Virus genome (UHGV): UHGV-0370973
DNA: 38,758 bases
Direction: 5' to 3' (one strand)
DNA from: a virus
Below the pieces are notes generated by a model. The model saw only the letters and a list, made by a program, of their open reading frames with translations. It had not been told where the DNA came from and did not search any database. The first letter of the stretch is position 1, and each line of letters opens with the position of its first letter. The position numbers and the translations under genes are program-made. Positions 9,520 to 19,180 of this stretch are shown one piece after another.

Positions 9520-10066
9520 TTTTTTACCGTATGTCCGTCGCCATATCAGCGGTCCGCTGAGCATTATGATGACGGATGCATTATCCATGTCGGCAGTGGC
9601 ATTCTGCCGTCAGTCCCTGTTGTGCCGCCGTGAAGCCACGCTGTCACCGTCAGCCGGAGAGGACTGTGTGCTGCCATATGACGCGGAGAATGAAGAGTGC
9701 GTACATATTATTCGTATCCTCGCTGACGGGCGTGAGCTTTTTGCCGGTCATGATGTGGAAATCCGCCCGGGGCGGGTAATGCATTTTGCCTGTTCGCCCG
9801 GAGAGGTGAGTGTGCTTTATGCCGTTGCTCCGAAAGCAGGGAGCCGTCAGGTGCAGGATGAACTGCGGGCATGGTCTGAAGAAGTGGCTGCAGGGGCGCT
9901 TGAACGGTTGTTCATGCAGACCGGGGTTTCATGGTCAGACCCGTCGCGCGCACAGTATTTCTCTGTGCTGTTTTCTGAGGGTATCCGTCGGGCATATCGC
10001 GACACACTGGCGACAAGTCCGTACTCCTCATACCGCAATCCTGTCCGCAGACAAAGGTTTTACTGA
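9503..10066 (+). CDS. Hypothetical virion protein
   Basis: Internal ATG (MAELTDFLPY...) of the 9443..10066 ORF chosen so that it overlaps the upstream gene by only 17 nt; translationally coupled to the next gene by ATGA overlap. Confidence 0.4.
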   Translation: MAELTDFLPYVRRHISGPLSIMMTDALSMSAVAFCRQSLLCRREATLSPSAGEDCVLPYDAENEECVHIIRILADGRELFAGHDVEIRPGRVMHFACSPGEVSVLYAVAPKAGSRQVQDELRAWSEEVAAGALERLFMQTGVSWSDPSRAQYFSVLFSEGIRRAYRDTLATSPYSSYRNPVRRQRFY

Positions 10067-10716
10067 TGACGACGATTACTGAAATCATCGGACGAGTGAA
10101 CACGCAACTGGTTGACCCGATGATGGTGCGCTGGCCTCTGGCTGAGCTGTGTGATTATTACAATGATGCTGTGCGGGCGGTGATTCTGGCAAGGCCGGAT
10201 GCAGGCGCAAGTCTGGAGACGCTGAATTGTGTTCCTGGTGCACGTCAGACTTTGCCTGATGGCGCAATACAGCTTCTTGACGTGATATGCCTCAGCGATG
10301 GCAGTGCTATAAAACCGCAATCCCGTGAGGTGCTTGATGCACAGTATCCCGACTGGCACATGCTGAGGGGGAAACCGGAATGCTTTATCAGCAGTGACCT
10401 TGCCCCGCGCGTGTTCTGGCTGTTTCCGGCACCGGAGGAGGCTGTGAGTGTTGATGCTGTGGTCAGCCGCATTCCGGAGGCGGTGTATGTTCTGACGCAG
10501 GATGATGACACGCCTGTACCGCTGGAAGAGGCTTATGTTAACCCGCTGGTTGACTGGATGTTGTTTCGTGCATTCAGCAAGGATGCAGCCGGTGGTGCAG
10601 AGTCAGGACTGGCAGCACAACATTATCAGAGTTTTGTTGAGCAGCTCGGGATTAAACAGGGTGCAGACAGTGCATTGTCTGCCCGCAAGAAGGTGTTTAA
10701 CGGAGGTGGAATGTGA
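10066..10716 (+). CDS. Hypothetical virion protein
   Basis: 216-aa ORF coupled to its neighbours; its stop overlaps the GTG start of the tail fibre gene. Confidence 0.45.
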   Translation: MTTITEIIGRVNTQLVDPMMVRWPLAELCDYYNDAVRAVILARPDAGASLETLNCVPGARQTLPDGAIQLLDVICLSDGSAIKPQSREVLDAQYPDWHMLRGKPECFISSDLAPRVFWLFPAPEEAVSVDAVVSRIPEAVYVLTQDDDTPVPLEEAYVNPLVDWMLFRAFSKDAAGGAESGLAAQHYQSFVEQLGIKQGADSALSARKKVFNGGGM

Positions 10717-12647
10717 GTGTTGTTGTTTCGGGGACGCTGAAATCTCCTGATGGTGAGGCGATATCAGGCGCAAATATTACCCTGACGGCGCTGACAGTTT
10801 CACCGGATGCGCTCAGCGGCACCAGTGCGTCAGCAGTGACTCGTGACGGCGGGTATTACGGAATGACGCTGGAGCCGGGGGAGTATGCGGTTTCTGTGAC
10901 GGTGAAAGGGAAGACTGCTGTCTACGGACGTGTGCGTATTGAGGGGACTGAAAGTACGGTGACGCTCAATATGCTGTTACGCCGCAGTCTTGTTGAGGTG
11001 AGCATACCCGGAGAACTGCTGACAGATTTCCGGCAGATACAGAACAATGTGGCGGATGACCTTGCCACGATTCGTCGTCTGAACGAAGACACGGCGGTGA
11101 AAAATAATCAGGCTTCACAGTCGAAGGAAAGCGCTGCTGCCAGTGCGAAGACTGCATCAGAAAGCGCGAAGGCTGCGACCAGCAAAGCGACGGAGTCTGC
11201 ACAAAAAGCCAGTGAGGCTGCAGAGGCGGCGACCCGGGCAGGTGAGTCTGAAAAGGCAGCGGCAGCTGACGCTAAAGAGGCCAGACGACATGCTGAAACC
11301 GCCAGAGTGGCTCAGGAGGCCGCCGGAGACGTTCTTAAACGTGCTGAGGCTGCTACAGTTAGTGCTGAAGAAGCCAGACGTATGGCTGAGAATGCACGAG
11401 GACCTAAAGGCGATACAGGGCCGAAAGGTGATGCTGGTCCTCGTGGTGAAACAGGTCCGGCGGGTCCGCGTGGGGAGAAAGGTGAGCAGGGAGAGCGCGG
11501 ACCTCAGGGCATACCGGGCCAGAAAGGTGATACAGGAGAACGGGGACCTCAGGGAGTGCAGGGGCCAGCTGGCGCAACAGGGCCATCTGGCCCACGTGGT
11601 GCGACCGGGCCACAGGGAGCAATGGGGCCGCGTGGTGAAACCGGGGCCAGAGGCGAAAAAGGAGACCCGGGGGGGCCTCAGGGACCAAAGGGGGATGCTG
11701 GTCCGAGAGGTGAGCCGGGGCCGAAAGGTGACACCGGCCCACGTGGAGAGGCCGGACCACCCGGACCACAGGGTCCGGCAGGGCAAACCGGCCCGAAAGG
11801 GGATAAAGGTGAACCCGGCGCAACAGGTCCGGCAGGTCCCGCAGGCCCTCGGGGAGAAACCGGCCCCGCAGGTCCTGCGGGTCCCGCAGGCAGTGTCGCC
11901 AGTGTTCCGGATGCCAGCACATCACAGAAAGGTGTTGTACAGCTGAGCAGCGATACCAACAGCGATGATGAAACAAAAGCGGCAACCCCAAAGGCTGTGA
12001 AAGCGGTAATGGCAGAAGTGCAGGCAGCAAAAACGAAGGCAGAAGAGGCAGCAACCCGGGCAGCAGTCCCCGGACCGAAGGGGGACAGGGGGGAACCTGG
12101 CGCACCTGGTGCAGTGGGGCCCGCAGGCCCACGGGGACCGGCTGGTGCAGCTGGTCCCAAAGGTGATGCAGGCCCGGCAGGGCCACGAGGTGAAAGGGGT
12201 CCAGCGGGGGCACAGGGTGTTCCGGGGCCGGTTGGTCCGGCAGGTCCTGCGGGTAAAACGGGGCCACGAGGTTTGCAGGGAGAAACAGGAAGACAGGGCC
12301 CGACAGGTCCACAGGGCCCGACAGGTGAACCCGGACCACAGGGACCACAAGGGCCAACCGGAAGGCTGGTACCCGGGGAAATTTACAGCATCGGAACATA
12401 CATTATTGCCGCACTAGCCCCGTATATAACCGACATCGGCAGAACCTATCAGCCAGGAGAAACTGTATCGGGTTCACGCCTTAAGCGATGCGCCCTAATC
12501 AAAGACGAAAACGGAAACTATATGAAAGCTAACACCGATGGCATTGACGGCAACCTATCCTCAGTTCCGGGCTCATGGATGGTGTGTAATGAAATTACGT
12601 CGACAAATGACAATGAAAGCATCGGGCTGTTCCAGCGCGCATACTGA
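10713..12647 (+). CDS. Side tail fibre protein (lambda Stf-like) with collagen-like repeats
   Basis: GTG start. N-terminus [24 protein letters not shown] resembles lambda Stf MAVKISGVLKDGTGKPVQNCTIQL; central [28 protein letters not shown] matches the Stf motif [28 protein letters not shown]; two long Gly-X-Y tracts. Confidence 0.8.
   Translation: MSVVVSGTLKSPDGEAISGANITLTALTVSPDALSGTSASAVTRDGGYYGMTLEPGEYAVSVTVKGKTAVYGRVRIEGTESTVTLNMLLRRSLVEVSIPGELLTDFRQIQNNVADDLATIRRLNEDTAVKNNQASQSKESAAASAKTASESAKAATSKATESAQKASEAAEAATRAGESEKAAAADAKEARRHAETARVAQEAAGDVLKRAEAATVSAEEARRMAENARGPKGDTGPKGDAGPRGETGPAGPRGEKGEQGERGPQGIPGQKGDTGERGPQGVQGPAGATGPSGPRGATGPQGAMGPRGETGARGEKGDPGGPQGPKGDAGPRGEPGPKGDTGPRGEAGPPGPQGPAGQTGPKGDKGEPGATGPAGPAGPRGETGPAGPAGPAGSVASVPDASTSQKGVVQLSSDTNSDDETKAATPKAVKAVMAEVQAAKTKAEEAATRAAVPGPKGDRGEPGAPGAVGPAGPRGPAGAAGPKGDAGPAGPRGERGPAGAQGVPGPVGPAGPAGKTGPRGLQGETGRQGPTGPQGPTGEPGPQGPQGPTGRLVPGEIYSIGTYIIAALAPYITDIGRTYQPGETVSGSRLKRCALIKDENGNYMKANTDGIDGNLSSVPGSWMVCNEITSTNDNESIGLFQRAY
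11399..11890 (+). repeat. Collagen-like Gly-X-Y block 1 within the tail fibre
   Basis: About 160 residues of [23 protein letters not shown]..., with one register interruption (GDPGGPQG). Confidence 0.85.
12066..12365 (+). repeat. Collagen-like Gly-X-Y block 2 within the tail fibre
   Basis: About 100 residues of [25 protein letters not shown]... Confidence 0.85.
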
Positions 12648-12661
12648 CAGACAGGAGATGA

Positions 12662-13245
12662 ACATGAATGTGGAAAAAATAAGCAATCCGCAATGGGCAG
12701 ATAAAGAGCACACTGCTGTCAATTGCATGGTGAAGTTTGAGCACATTGAGCAGGCGGTTCCTTTCACTGCAACAGCCAGCGATACCGAAGCATACGGGCG
12801 GGATATTTATGCCGCTTGTCTGAGAGGAGAGGCCGGTGAAATTGCAGAATATGTACAGCCATCCATCAGCCCGGAAAAAGCCAGAGAACTCAAAACCGCC
12901 GGGATCAACGCCTGGCGTAATGCGATGGAAGCGGCGAACTACACGTTTGAGCACAATGGGCGTAAATGGGACTACGGGAAGTCAACGCAGACGCGTCTTG
13001 AGCCGTCGGTGGCGGCAGCGAAAGCGGGGAAACTGCCGGAGGCGTTTTTCTGGACGGATGCGGACAATAATGACGTACCGATGGACGCTGAAACACTGAT
13101 TGCTCTGAGTGCTGCTGCAGAGCAGGCGATGTTTACCAAAGGGATGGAAATCCACGTCCGGCAGCGCACCATGAAGAAAGAGCTGGAAAAGCTGACCAGT
13201 GCGGATGAGATACTGGCATACAGGGTTGGCTGGGCACAGGAATAA
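12662..13245 (+). CDS. Putative tail fibre assembly / chaperone-like protein
   Basis: Position directly after the fibre gene; RBS aggag six nt before ATG 12662. The 12538 start in the ORF track would overlap the fibre gene by 110 nt and is rejected. Confidence 0.4.
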
Positions 13246-13565
13246 CAGATAAAAATATGGGGGAAACATTTCTTTCCCTCATGAACTATTCCTCCTGTAA
13301 ATATTTTATGTTAACTGAATAGTTAATTTTTTCTGATGTTGTAATTTTGTTCACAAATTACAGTGTAAGCAGATGTGAAACAGCAAGTCTGACTGGGGTA
13401 AGTTTTTTCTGATATCTGTTCCGGCGGTGTGGTCGTATGCGTGAGCAGGTATGCCCAGAATAATGTAAGACAAATCCTAAATTTATAAAATTAATTTTTA
13501 AATTTATTTTCGGAATATCCTGAAAAAAGCCGTAATTAATCAGACTTTTTTATGAGTGTGAGGTG

Positions 13566-13593
13566 TTGCGGCTGATTTGTATACAGATAATTT
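13566..13593 (+). promoter_or_regulatory. Candidate sigma70 promoter for the eib-like gene
   Basis: TTGCGG-N16-TAATTT in an AT-rich region that is conserved upstream of both eib-like copies. Confidence 0.3.
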
Positions 13594-13608
13594 AACAGGA
13601 TATCCATA

Positions 13609-15072
13609 ATGAGTAAAAAGTTTACAATGACACTCCTGTCATCTTCTCTGGCCGGGCTTCTGGTGATGAGTGGTGGGGTGAGTGCGCAGGAAGAAAAATA
13701 CACAGTGCCGTATGCCACAGGTAACAATAAATGGGGGAATACCTATGAAGTTGTAAAGACAGGCGATAATGGTAACTTCAAATACGAAGTAAAAGAGAAG
13801 AACAACGGCAAGAGGACACTTTTCACATTTGATTCAAATGGGGATGTAATAATCAATGGCAGTGGCATTACGTACACAATTCATGACGGTGCGCTGAACG
13901 ATTTTGCTCAAACAGCTGAGAAAAAAAAGAATGGACCGTCTCAGTCGCACAGAATGACTGATAGCGTTGTTCGTGATGTATATAACAAAGTATACAGTCT
14001 GCAGAGAACAAAAATTACAGGTTTCAGCGTCGAAGATGGGGAGAATGGGAAGGTTTCTCTGGGTAGCGATGCGAAAGCCTCTGGTGAGTTCTCAGTAGCT
14101 GTTGGTACAGGGGCCAGAGCGGATAAAAAATTTGCAACAGCAGTGGGCTCATGGGCTGCTGCGGACGGTAAACAAAGTACAGCTCTGGGAGTGGGAGCAT
14201 ATGCCTATGCAGATGCTTCAACAGCCGCCGGAACAGCTGCTTATGTTGATGGTTCTGCTATTTATGGTACCGCTATAGGTAATTACGCAAAAGTGGATGA
14301 AAATGCAACAGAAGGTACTGCGTTAGGGGCAAAGGCAACAGTAACAAATAAAAACAGTGTTGCATTAGGAGCTAATTCACGCACAACCCGTGACAATGAG
14401 GTTTATATCGGTTATGAAGCAGAGCCGGGTAAGGCTTATAAAACCCGGGTGCTTGGTGGTCTGAGTGACGGTACTCGTCCCTCAGATGCTGCAACCGTTC
14501 GTCAGGTTGACCGTGTAAAAGACAGTGTTGAGCAACTGGCTCAGGATACGAATACCCGCCTTGTAGTCGAAGCGAAAAAGTCTCGTGAATATACAGACTC
14601 CAGAACGACAGTTGGTGTGAACCCTGACGGAAAACTTACCCGTGCAGAAGGTGCGACTAAAACTATCGCCGTCAATGATGGTCTCGTTGCTCTGTCTGGC
14701 AGAACAGACCGTATTGATTATGCAGTTGGTAGCGTTGACCGCCGGGTTACTAAAAATACACAGGCTATTCAGTCCAATACTCGCCAGTTGCAGGAGCATA
14801 ATGCACGCCTGAACAGTCAGCAGCGTCAAATTCGTGAGAATCACGAAGAGATGAAGCGTGCAGCAGCACAGAGTGCAGCGCTGGCGGGGCTTTTCCAGCC
14901 GTACAGTGTGGGGAAATTCAACGCCACTGCTGCCCTGGGGGGGTACAGTGATAAACAGGCTGTTGCCGTGGGTGTTGGTTACCGTTTCAACGAGCAGACC
15001 GCAGCGAAAGCGGGTATTGCAGCGAGTGATGGCGATGTGTCCTACAACATGGGCGTTAACTTCGAGTTTTAA
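13609..15072 (+). CDS. Eib-like trimeric autotransporter adhesin (YadA-type C-terminal anchor)
   Basis: Signal peptide [26 protein letters not shown]; YadA-head-like repeats ([26 protein letters not shown]); coiled-coil stalk; C-terminus [28 protein letters not shown]...YNMGVNFEF is a typical TAA membrane anchor ending in an aromatic residue. Confidence 0.85.
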   Translation: MSKKFTMTLLSSSLAGLLVMSGGVSAQEEKYTVPYATGNNKWGNTYEVVKTGDNGNFKYEVKEKNNGKRTLFTFDSNGDVIINGSGITYTIHDGALNDFAQTAEKKKNGPSQSHRMTDSVVRDVYNKVYSLQRTKITGFSVEDGENGKVSLGSDAKASGEFSVAVGTGARADKKFATAVGSWAAADGKQSTALGVGAYAYADASTAAGTAAYVDGSAIYGTAIGNYAKVDENATEGTALGAKATVTNKNSVALGANSRTTRDNEVYIGYEAEPGKAYKTRVLGGLSDGTRPSDAATVRQVDRVKDSVEQLAQDTNTRLVVEAKKSREYTDSRTTVGVNPDGKLTRAEGATKTIAVNDGLVALSGRTDRIDYAVGSVDRRVTKNTQAIQSNTRQLQEHNARLNSQQRQIRENHEEMKRAAAQSAALAGLFQPYSVGKFNATAALGGYSDKQAVAVGVGYRFNEQTAAKAGIAASDGDVSYNMGVNFEF

Positions 15073-15097
15073 TTGCTGAAAGTGACATGAAGTATGG

Positions 15098-15129
15098 CGG
15101 CAGGCGCAGGACTCTGGTCTGCCGTTTTT
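15098..15129 (+). terminator. Intrinsic terminator after eib-like gene 1
   Basis: Stem cggcag / ctgccg followed by TTTTT; the counterpart after copy 2 has stem cggcaggc / gcctgccg. Confidence 0.5.
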
Positions 15130-15160
15130 CATGGGGCATAAAAAACAGGAAGGTGCTGCG

Positions 15161-15631
15161 ATGAAGGTGATTCTGGCTACCAGGAACCGCTATCTGGAGT
15201 ATGGTCTGCAGGCGTTACTGAAGGGGCACAGTGTGATACTGGCGAGGGAGTTTTTCCTGCCGGAGAACCGCCGTTATATCCCGGACTTTGACGAATCCTG
15301 GCTGATAATCAGTGATGGCCTGCTGGGCAGGCTGATGCGCTGTATGTTCCAGGGGCGTCATTTTCTGCAACTGGATGCGGAGTTGCTCCGTGATGGTGAG
15401 CAGATAAGTGATGCCATACACAACGGCGTCTGGACGTATAACAGTGCTGCCCGCCCGCTGACGATGTCAGAGATGGTGGTGATGTTCGGTTATGTCTACC
15501 GCCAGTCGAGACCCTGCCGCCTTGCCAGTGAGATGGGTATTAACACAAAGACGGTGAATACCTTTCTGTATACGGGAATGGCGAAAAACGGGCTGTATGG
15601 TGTGAGCGTCAGACGGCTTGTTGGTGCCTGA
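15161..15631 (+). CDS. Atypical LuxR/FixJ-type transcriptional regulator with receiver-like N-terminus
   Basis: C-terminal LTMSEMVVMFGYVYRQSRPCRLASEMGINTKTVNTFLYTGMAKNGL fits the LuxR-type HTH pattern; N-terminal [20 protein letters not shown] resembles a receiver domain start but lacks the acidic pocket. RBS aggaagg lies 8 nt upstream of ATG 15161. Confidence 0.55.
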   Translation: MKVILATRNRYLEYGLQALLKGHSVILAREFFLPENRRYIPDFDESWLIISDGLLGRLMRCMFQGRHFLQLDAELLRDGEQISDAIHNGVWTYNSAARPLTMSEMVVMFGYVYRQSRPCRLASEMGINTKTVNTFLYTGMAKNGLYGVSVRRLVGA

Positions 15632-15681
15632 TGGCGGTCCTGCCGGATGCGCGGCATCTTCTGATGATTCAGAAGGTGCAG

Positions 15682-15813
15682 ATGATGAACAAAGACAGAG
15701 ACCGGAGATACGGGAGAAAACGTTACACCACAGGCGCAATGTGCTTCATGCTGTTTGTGTGGCTTGGTGGTGTGCTGGCTCTTGTTGCTACAGCTGCGGT
15801 GGTAATGCAGTAA
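15682..15813 (+). CDS. Small hydrophobic membrane peptide (43 aa), conserved in both cassettes
   Basis: MMNKDRDRRYGRKRYTTGAMCFMLFVWLGGVLALVATAAVVMQ has a basic N-terminus and one TM helix; RBS gaagg upstream; a paralogue with the same TM core lies at 34641..34766. Confidence 0.45.
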   Translation: MMNKDRDRRYGRKRYTTGAMCFMLFVWLGGVLALVATAAVVMQ

Positions 15814-15818
15814 AAAAA

Positions 15819-15837
15819 GGGGAGCAACATGCTCCCC
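15819..15837. terminator. GC hairpin flanked by an A-run upstream and no T-run downstream
   Basis: ggggagc-aacat-gctcccc directly after the small peptide stop; reads as a canonical terminator only on the minus strand. Confidence 0.35.
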
Positions 15838-15993
15838 GACCAGAAGAAAGACGTTTGATAACAATTAGTGAGTTGTTACGTCTTGTCCAGAATATCATAG
15901 CAACACTCTGTTGCAGTGATACCGATCGCGATTTTAGCGAATTCCATCATAAATCCCCTGATTTTTAAGCCTGAAGCAGTCAAAGGAATTTCT

Positions 15994-17619
15994 ATGCCCT
16001 ATATCGATATCACCACGATGCGTGGGATGATGCCGCGCGTTGTGACATCCATGCTGCCCGAGCATTCCGCTGTACTGGCGGAGGACTGCCATTTCCGGTT
16101 TGGTGTTATTACACCAGAACGTCAGATATCCGGGGTTGAGAAAACATTCACAATTAAGCCAAAAACAATTTTTCATTACCGTGACGATTTCTGGTTTGCA
16201 TGGCCGGATGTGGTGGATGTGATCCGCAGTCCGATCGCTCAGGACCCCCACGGGCGTATTTACTACACTGACGGGCGTTTTCCTAAAGTGACGGATGCGA
16301 CCATTGCCACAAAAGGGGACGGGAATCACCCGACATCATCGTATCGTCTGGGGATCCCCGCGCCGACGACAGCTCCTGTCTGTACTGTTCAGCAGGGCGG
16401 TGATGTTTCTGACGATAACCCGAATGATGATGAAACCCGGTTTTATACGGAAACCTTTGTCTCAGATTATGGTGAAGAAGGTCCGCCAGGTCCGGCGTCT
16501 CTGGAGGTAACACTCCGTACTCCGGGAACTGCGGTACAACTGACGCTGGCTCCGGTGCCATTGCAGAATGCCAGTATTAAACGTCGTCGTATTTATCGTT
16601 CTGCATCAGGTGGAGGGGAGGCGGATTTTTTACTTGTGGCTGAACTGGATGCATCCGTGCTCAGTTACACGGACAAAATACCGGCGAAAAACCTTGGACC
16701 TTCGCTGGCGACATGGGATTACCTGCCGCCGCCAGAGAATATGACAGGCCTTTGCCTGATGGCTAACGGTATTGCCGCCGGGTTTGCCGGTAATGAAGTG
16801 ATGTTTTCGGAAGCGTATCTGCCGTATGCATGGCCGGAAGTGAATCGTCACACGACGGCAGAAGATATTGTGGCTATCTGTCCGCTCGGAACATCACTGG
16901 TGGTGGCGACAAAGGGTGAGCCTTATTTGTTCAGTGGGGTCTCACCGTCCACAATTTCTGGTTCCAGAATCCCTTCAATGCAGGCGTGTCTGAGCAGGCG
17001 GAGTATGGTCGCGATGGAGGGCTTTGTGCTGTATGCAGGAACAAATGGCCTGGTGTCTGTTGATGCAAACGGTAATGCCGCTCTGGCGACGGAACAGATT
17101 ATTTCACCGGAACAGTGGCAGAGTCAGTTTAATCCGGCCTCCATTGTGGCTTATCCCTGGCGTGGTGAATACATTGCCTGTTACACGAAACCGGATGGTA
17201 AGCAGGATGTGTTTGTCTTCAGCCCGGCGAACATGGATATCCGGTACCTCAGTACGCCGTTTGACTGCGCATGTGTTGACCTGGTTAACGATGTTATGCG
17301 GGTGGTATCAGGACAAAACATGTCTGCGATTGCCGGAGGGAGTTTGCCGTCGACAATCAGATGGCATTCAAAGGTATTTTCCCTTCCGGAAAGAACCTCT
17401 TTTTCCTGTCTCAGTGTGAAGTCTCCGACGCCAGAGCGGGTGGGAATTACTGTGCTGGCTGATGATGTGCCGGTGATTCACCTTGCACCAGGAAGCTTTT
17501 CAGGACGCGTTGTGAGGTTACCTGCTGCAACCGGGCAAAACTGGCAGATGCTGGTTTCTGGTTTTGGTCAGGTTGAACGTATCACACTCAGTACATCGAT
17601 GTCGGAGCTGCCGGTATGA
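15994..17619 (+). CDS. Phage structural (probable tail) protein
   Basis: 541-aa ORF from the internal ATG MPYIDITTMRGMM with RBS aaagga; translationally coupled (ATGA) to the J-like gene. Confidence 0.5.
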   Translation: MPYIDITTMRGMMPRVVTSMLPEHSAVLAEDCHFRFGVITPERQISGVEKTFTIKPKTIFHYRDDFWFAWPDVVDVIRSPIAQDPHGRIYYTDGRFPKVTDATIATKGDGNHPTSSYRLGIPAPTTAPVCTVQQGGDVSDDNPNDDETRFYTETFVSDYGEEGPPGPASLEVTLRTPGTAVQLTLAPVPLQNASIKRRRIYRSASGGGEADFLLVAELDASVLSYTDKIPAKNLGPSLATWDYLPPPENMTGLCLMANGIAAGFAGNEVMFSEAYLPYAWPEVNRHTTAEDIVAICPLGTSLVVATKGEPYLFSGVSPSTISGSRIPSMQACLSRRSMVAMEGFVLYAGTNGLVSVDANGNAALATEQIISPEQWQSQFNPASIVAYPWRGEYIACYTKPDGKQDVFVFSPANMDIRYLSTPFDCACVDLVNDVMRVVSGQNMSAIAGGSLPSTIRWHSKVFSLPERTSFSCLSVKSPTPERVGITVLADDVPVIHLAPGSFSGRVVRLPAATGQNWQMLVSGFGQVERITLSTSMSELPV

Positions 17620-18884
17620 CAAAAAAACCGTGGCGCGCAGGAAAGGATTTATCTGCGGTTGTGGAAAATATGGAGATTGGCACAGGGCAGCGTGGAGATG
17701 GTCGTCATGCTTTTGTAACCCGTGAAGAGCTGGTTGGTCTGAAGCTTGCCCGTCGCCGGGCTTCAGGAGGTGTCTCATACGCCCTGAATCCGGGGATCGA
17801 GATTGACAGTAGCCTGATGGTCGTTGATTTCCCCTCGAAGCCGCAGAATTTTAAGGCTACCGGGGGATTTGGTTCGGTGCTTCTTGAATGGGATATGCCG
17901 AATTATCGCGGTCATTCACTGACTGAAATCTGGCGGGGTACGGAGGATGACCTTTCGGATGCGGTGCTGGTTGCCACGACGCCGGGGCAGGTTTACGGTG
18001 ATCCGGTTGATCCGGGCTGGTCGGGATTCTACTGGATACGCTTTGTTAATGCAGCGGGAGTGAAAGGGCCATGGAACGCGGTAAAAGGCACTCCCGCACA
18101 AACCCAGATAAGCGTTCAGGCCATTATTGACCAGATCAAGGAGGAGGCTGCAAAGTCACCGGTGGTGGAAGAGCTGCGTAAGGAAATAAAGAATGCTCAG
18201 GGGCAGGCAGTAAAGGACGCGGCAATCGAGACGACGGAAGTTGTGGGTAATCTCAGGGAAGAAACACTGAAAACTATCGGTGGTATTGATACCCGTGTTA
18301 CGGGGATGAATAAGTCAACCAGTGAAGAGCTTAATAAGGTAAATGAGCGCATCACTAAGGTGGATAAAGAAGGCGGTGAAGCTTTCCTGGCCATGTGGTC
18401 AAAAAAGACCGGCGTTGAGGGAATTACTGCGGGGATCGGAATTGTTGCAGGAAAAGATGGTGAAGGGAAGCCGGTAAGCCAGGTTGCAATTTCGGCATCG
18501 CAGTTGTTTGTCTTTGACCCGAACAACCCGGATAACACAGCCTATCCCTTTGCGGTGTCAGGTGGAAAAGTTGTTATTCCCAAAGCGATGATTTATGACG
18601 CGGTGATTGAAACACTGGTGTCGCGGAAGGTTGTGGCAGATGAAGTAAAAGCCGGGGCAAGTATCACGTCGCCTGTTATCCGTAGTGCTGTTATTCAGAA
18701 CGGGAACTTTCAGGTTGATTCTCAGGGTAACCTGAATATTGGTGGCCTTTTTAGTGTTACGTCGCAGGGGCAACTGACAATTCGTTACTCTAATCAGAAT
18801 GTGGGGCTGGTGATCCGCAATGATAAAATTGAAGTTTATGACCAGAACGGACGCCTGGCTGTTCGCATAGGCAGGTTAAGCTGA
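17616..18884 (+). CDS. Tail fibre / host-specificity protein resembling the C-terminal part of lambda J
   Basis: Fibronectin-III-like segment (KPQNFKATGGFGSVLLEWDMPNY...YWIRFVNAAGVKGPW) and FVFDPNNPDNTAYPFAVSGGKVVIPKAMIYD resemble the lambda J C-terminal region ([27 protein letters not shown]). Confidence 0.6.
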   Translation: MTKKPWRAGKDLSAVVENMEIGTGQRGDGRHAFVTREELVGLKLARRRASGGVSYALNPGIEIDSSLMVVDFPSKPQNFKATGGFGSVLLEWDMPNYRGHSLTEIWRGTEDDLSDAVLVATTPGQVYGDPVDPGWSGFYWIRFVNAAGVKGPWNAVKGTPAQTQISVQAIIDQIKEEAAKSPVVEELRKEIKNAQGQAVKDAAIETTEVVGNLREETLKTIGGIDTRVTGMNKSTSEELNKVNERITKVDKEGGEAFLAMWSKKTGVEGITAGIGIVAGKDGEGKPVSQVAISASQLFVFDPNNPDNTAYPFAVSGGKVVIPKAMIYDAVIETLVSRKVVADEVKAGASITSPVIRSAVIQNGNFQVDSQGNLNIGGLFSVTSQGQLTIRYSNQNVGLVIRNDKIEVYDQNGRLAVRIGRLS

Positions 18885-18898
18885 GCCGGAGGCTGACA

Positions 18899-19180
18899 TT
18901 GGCAGAATATGGTTTTGCAATATACAACAGAAATAATGTTAATGTTACGGGCGTGCTTACTCCCATATTTTTCCTGGACAGGTTTACGGCGGAGTCGGGA
19001 TCAAAAACGTATACGAATAAACCAGAAGGGAAAACATTACAGGCAGTCTGTTCATTATTTCCGTGGAATAATGTATTTAAGGACCGGAAAGTACCGAAGA
19101 TAACCATTAATGGCAATACGGTGACATGGTCGAATCTTGAGCAGGGGATGGGGTCATATATTTATACATTCTGGGGGTGA
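18899..19180 (+). CDS. Hypothetical tail-associated protein (TTG start)
   Basis: RBS ggagg 7 nt before TTG; N-terminal motif YGFAIYNRNNVNVTG is paralogous to the next ORF. Confidence 0.35.
   Translation: MAEYGFAIYNRNNVNVTGVLTPIFFLDRFTAESGSKTYTNKPEGKTLQAVCSLFPWNNVFKDRKVPKITINGNTVTWSNLEQGMGSYIYTFWG

Noticed and set aside
10966-12417. Many long ORFs on both strands (e.g. 11143..11946 +, 11157..11786 -, 11404..12399 -, 11678..12160 -, 11922..12350 -, 12109..12417 +) overlapping the tail fibre gene
   Set aside because: They fall in the GC-rich Gly-X-Y repeat tracts, where off-frame and antisense reading frames stay open by composition alone; the translations are Pro/Arg-rich low-complexity strings with no start context. 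The fibre frame with conserved Stf motifs is the real gene.
12538-12661. Upstream extension of the chaperone-like ORF (start at 12538)
   Set aside because: It would overlap the 3' end of the tail fibre gene by 110 nt; an ATG with RBS aggag at 12662 gives a compact non-overlapping gene.
15131-15160. ATG at 15131 as the start of the LuxR-like gene
   Set aside because: It lies inside the T-run of the eib terminator and lacks an RBS; ATG 15161 has the RBS aggaagg, and the paralogue aligns from the equivalent MKVILATRN.
15916-15993. Upstream extension of the 541-aa structural ORF (start at 15916)
   Set aside because: The extension runs through the hairpin/palindrome region with no RBS; the internal ATG at 15994 has an RBS (aaagga).
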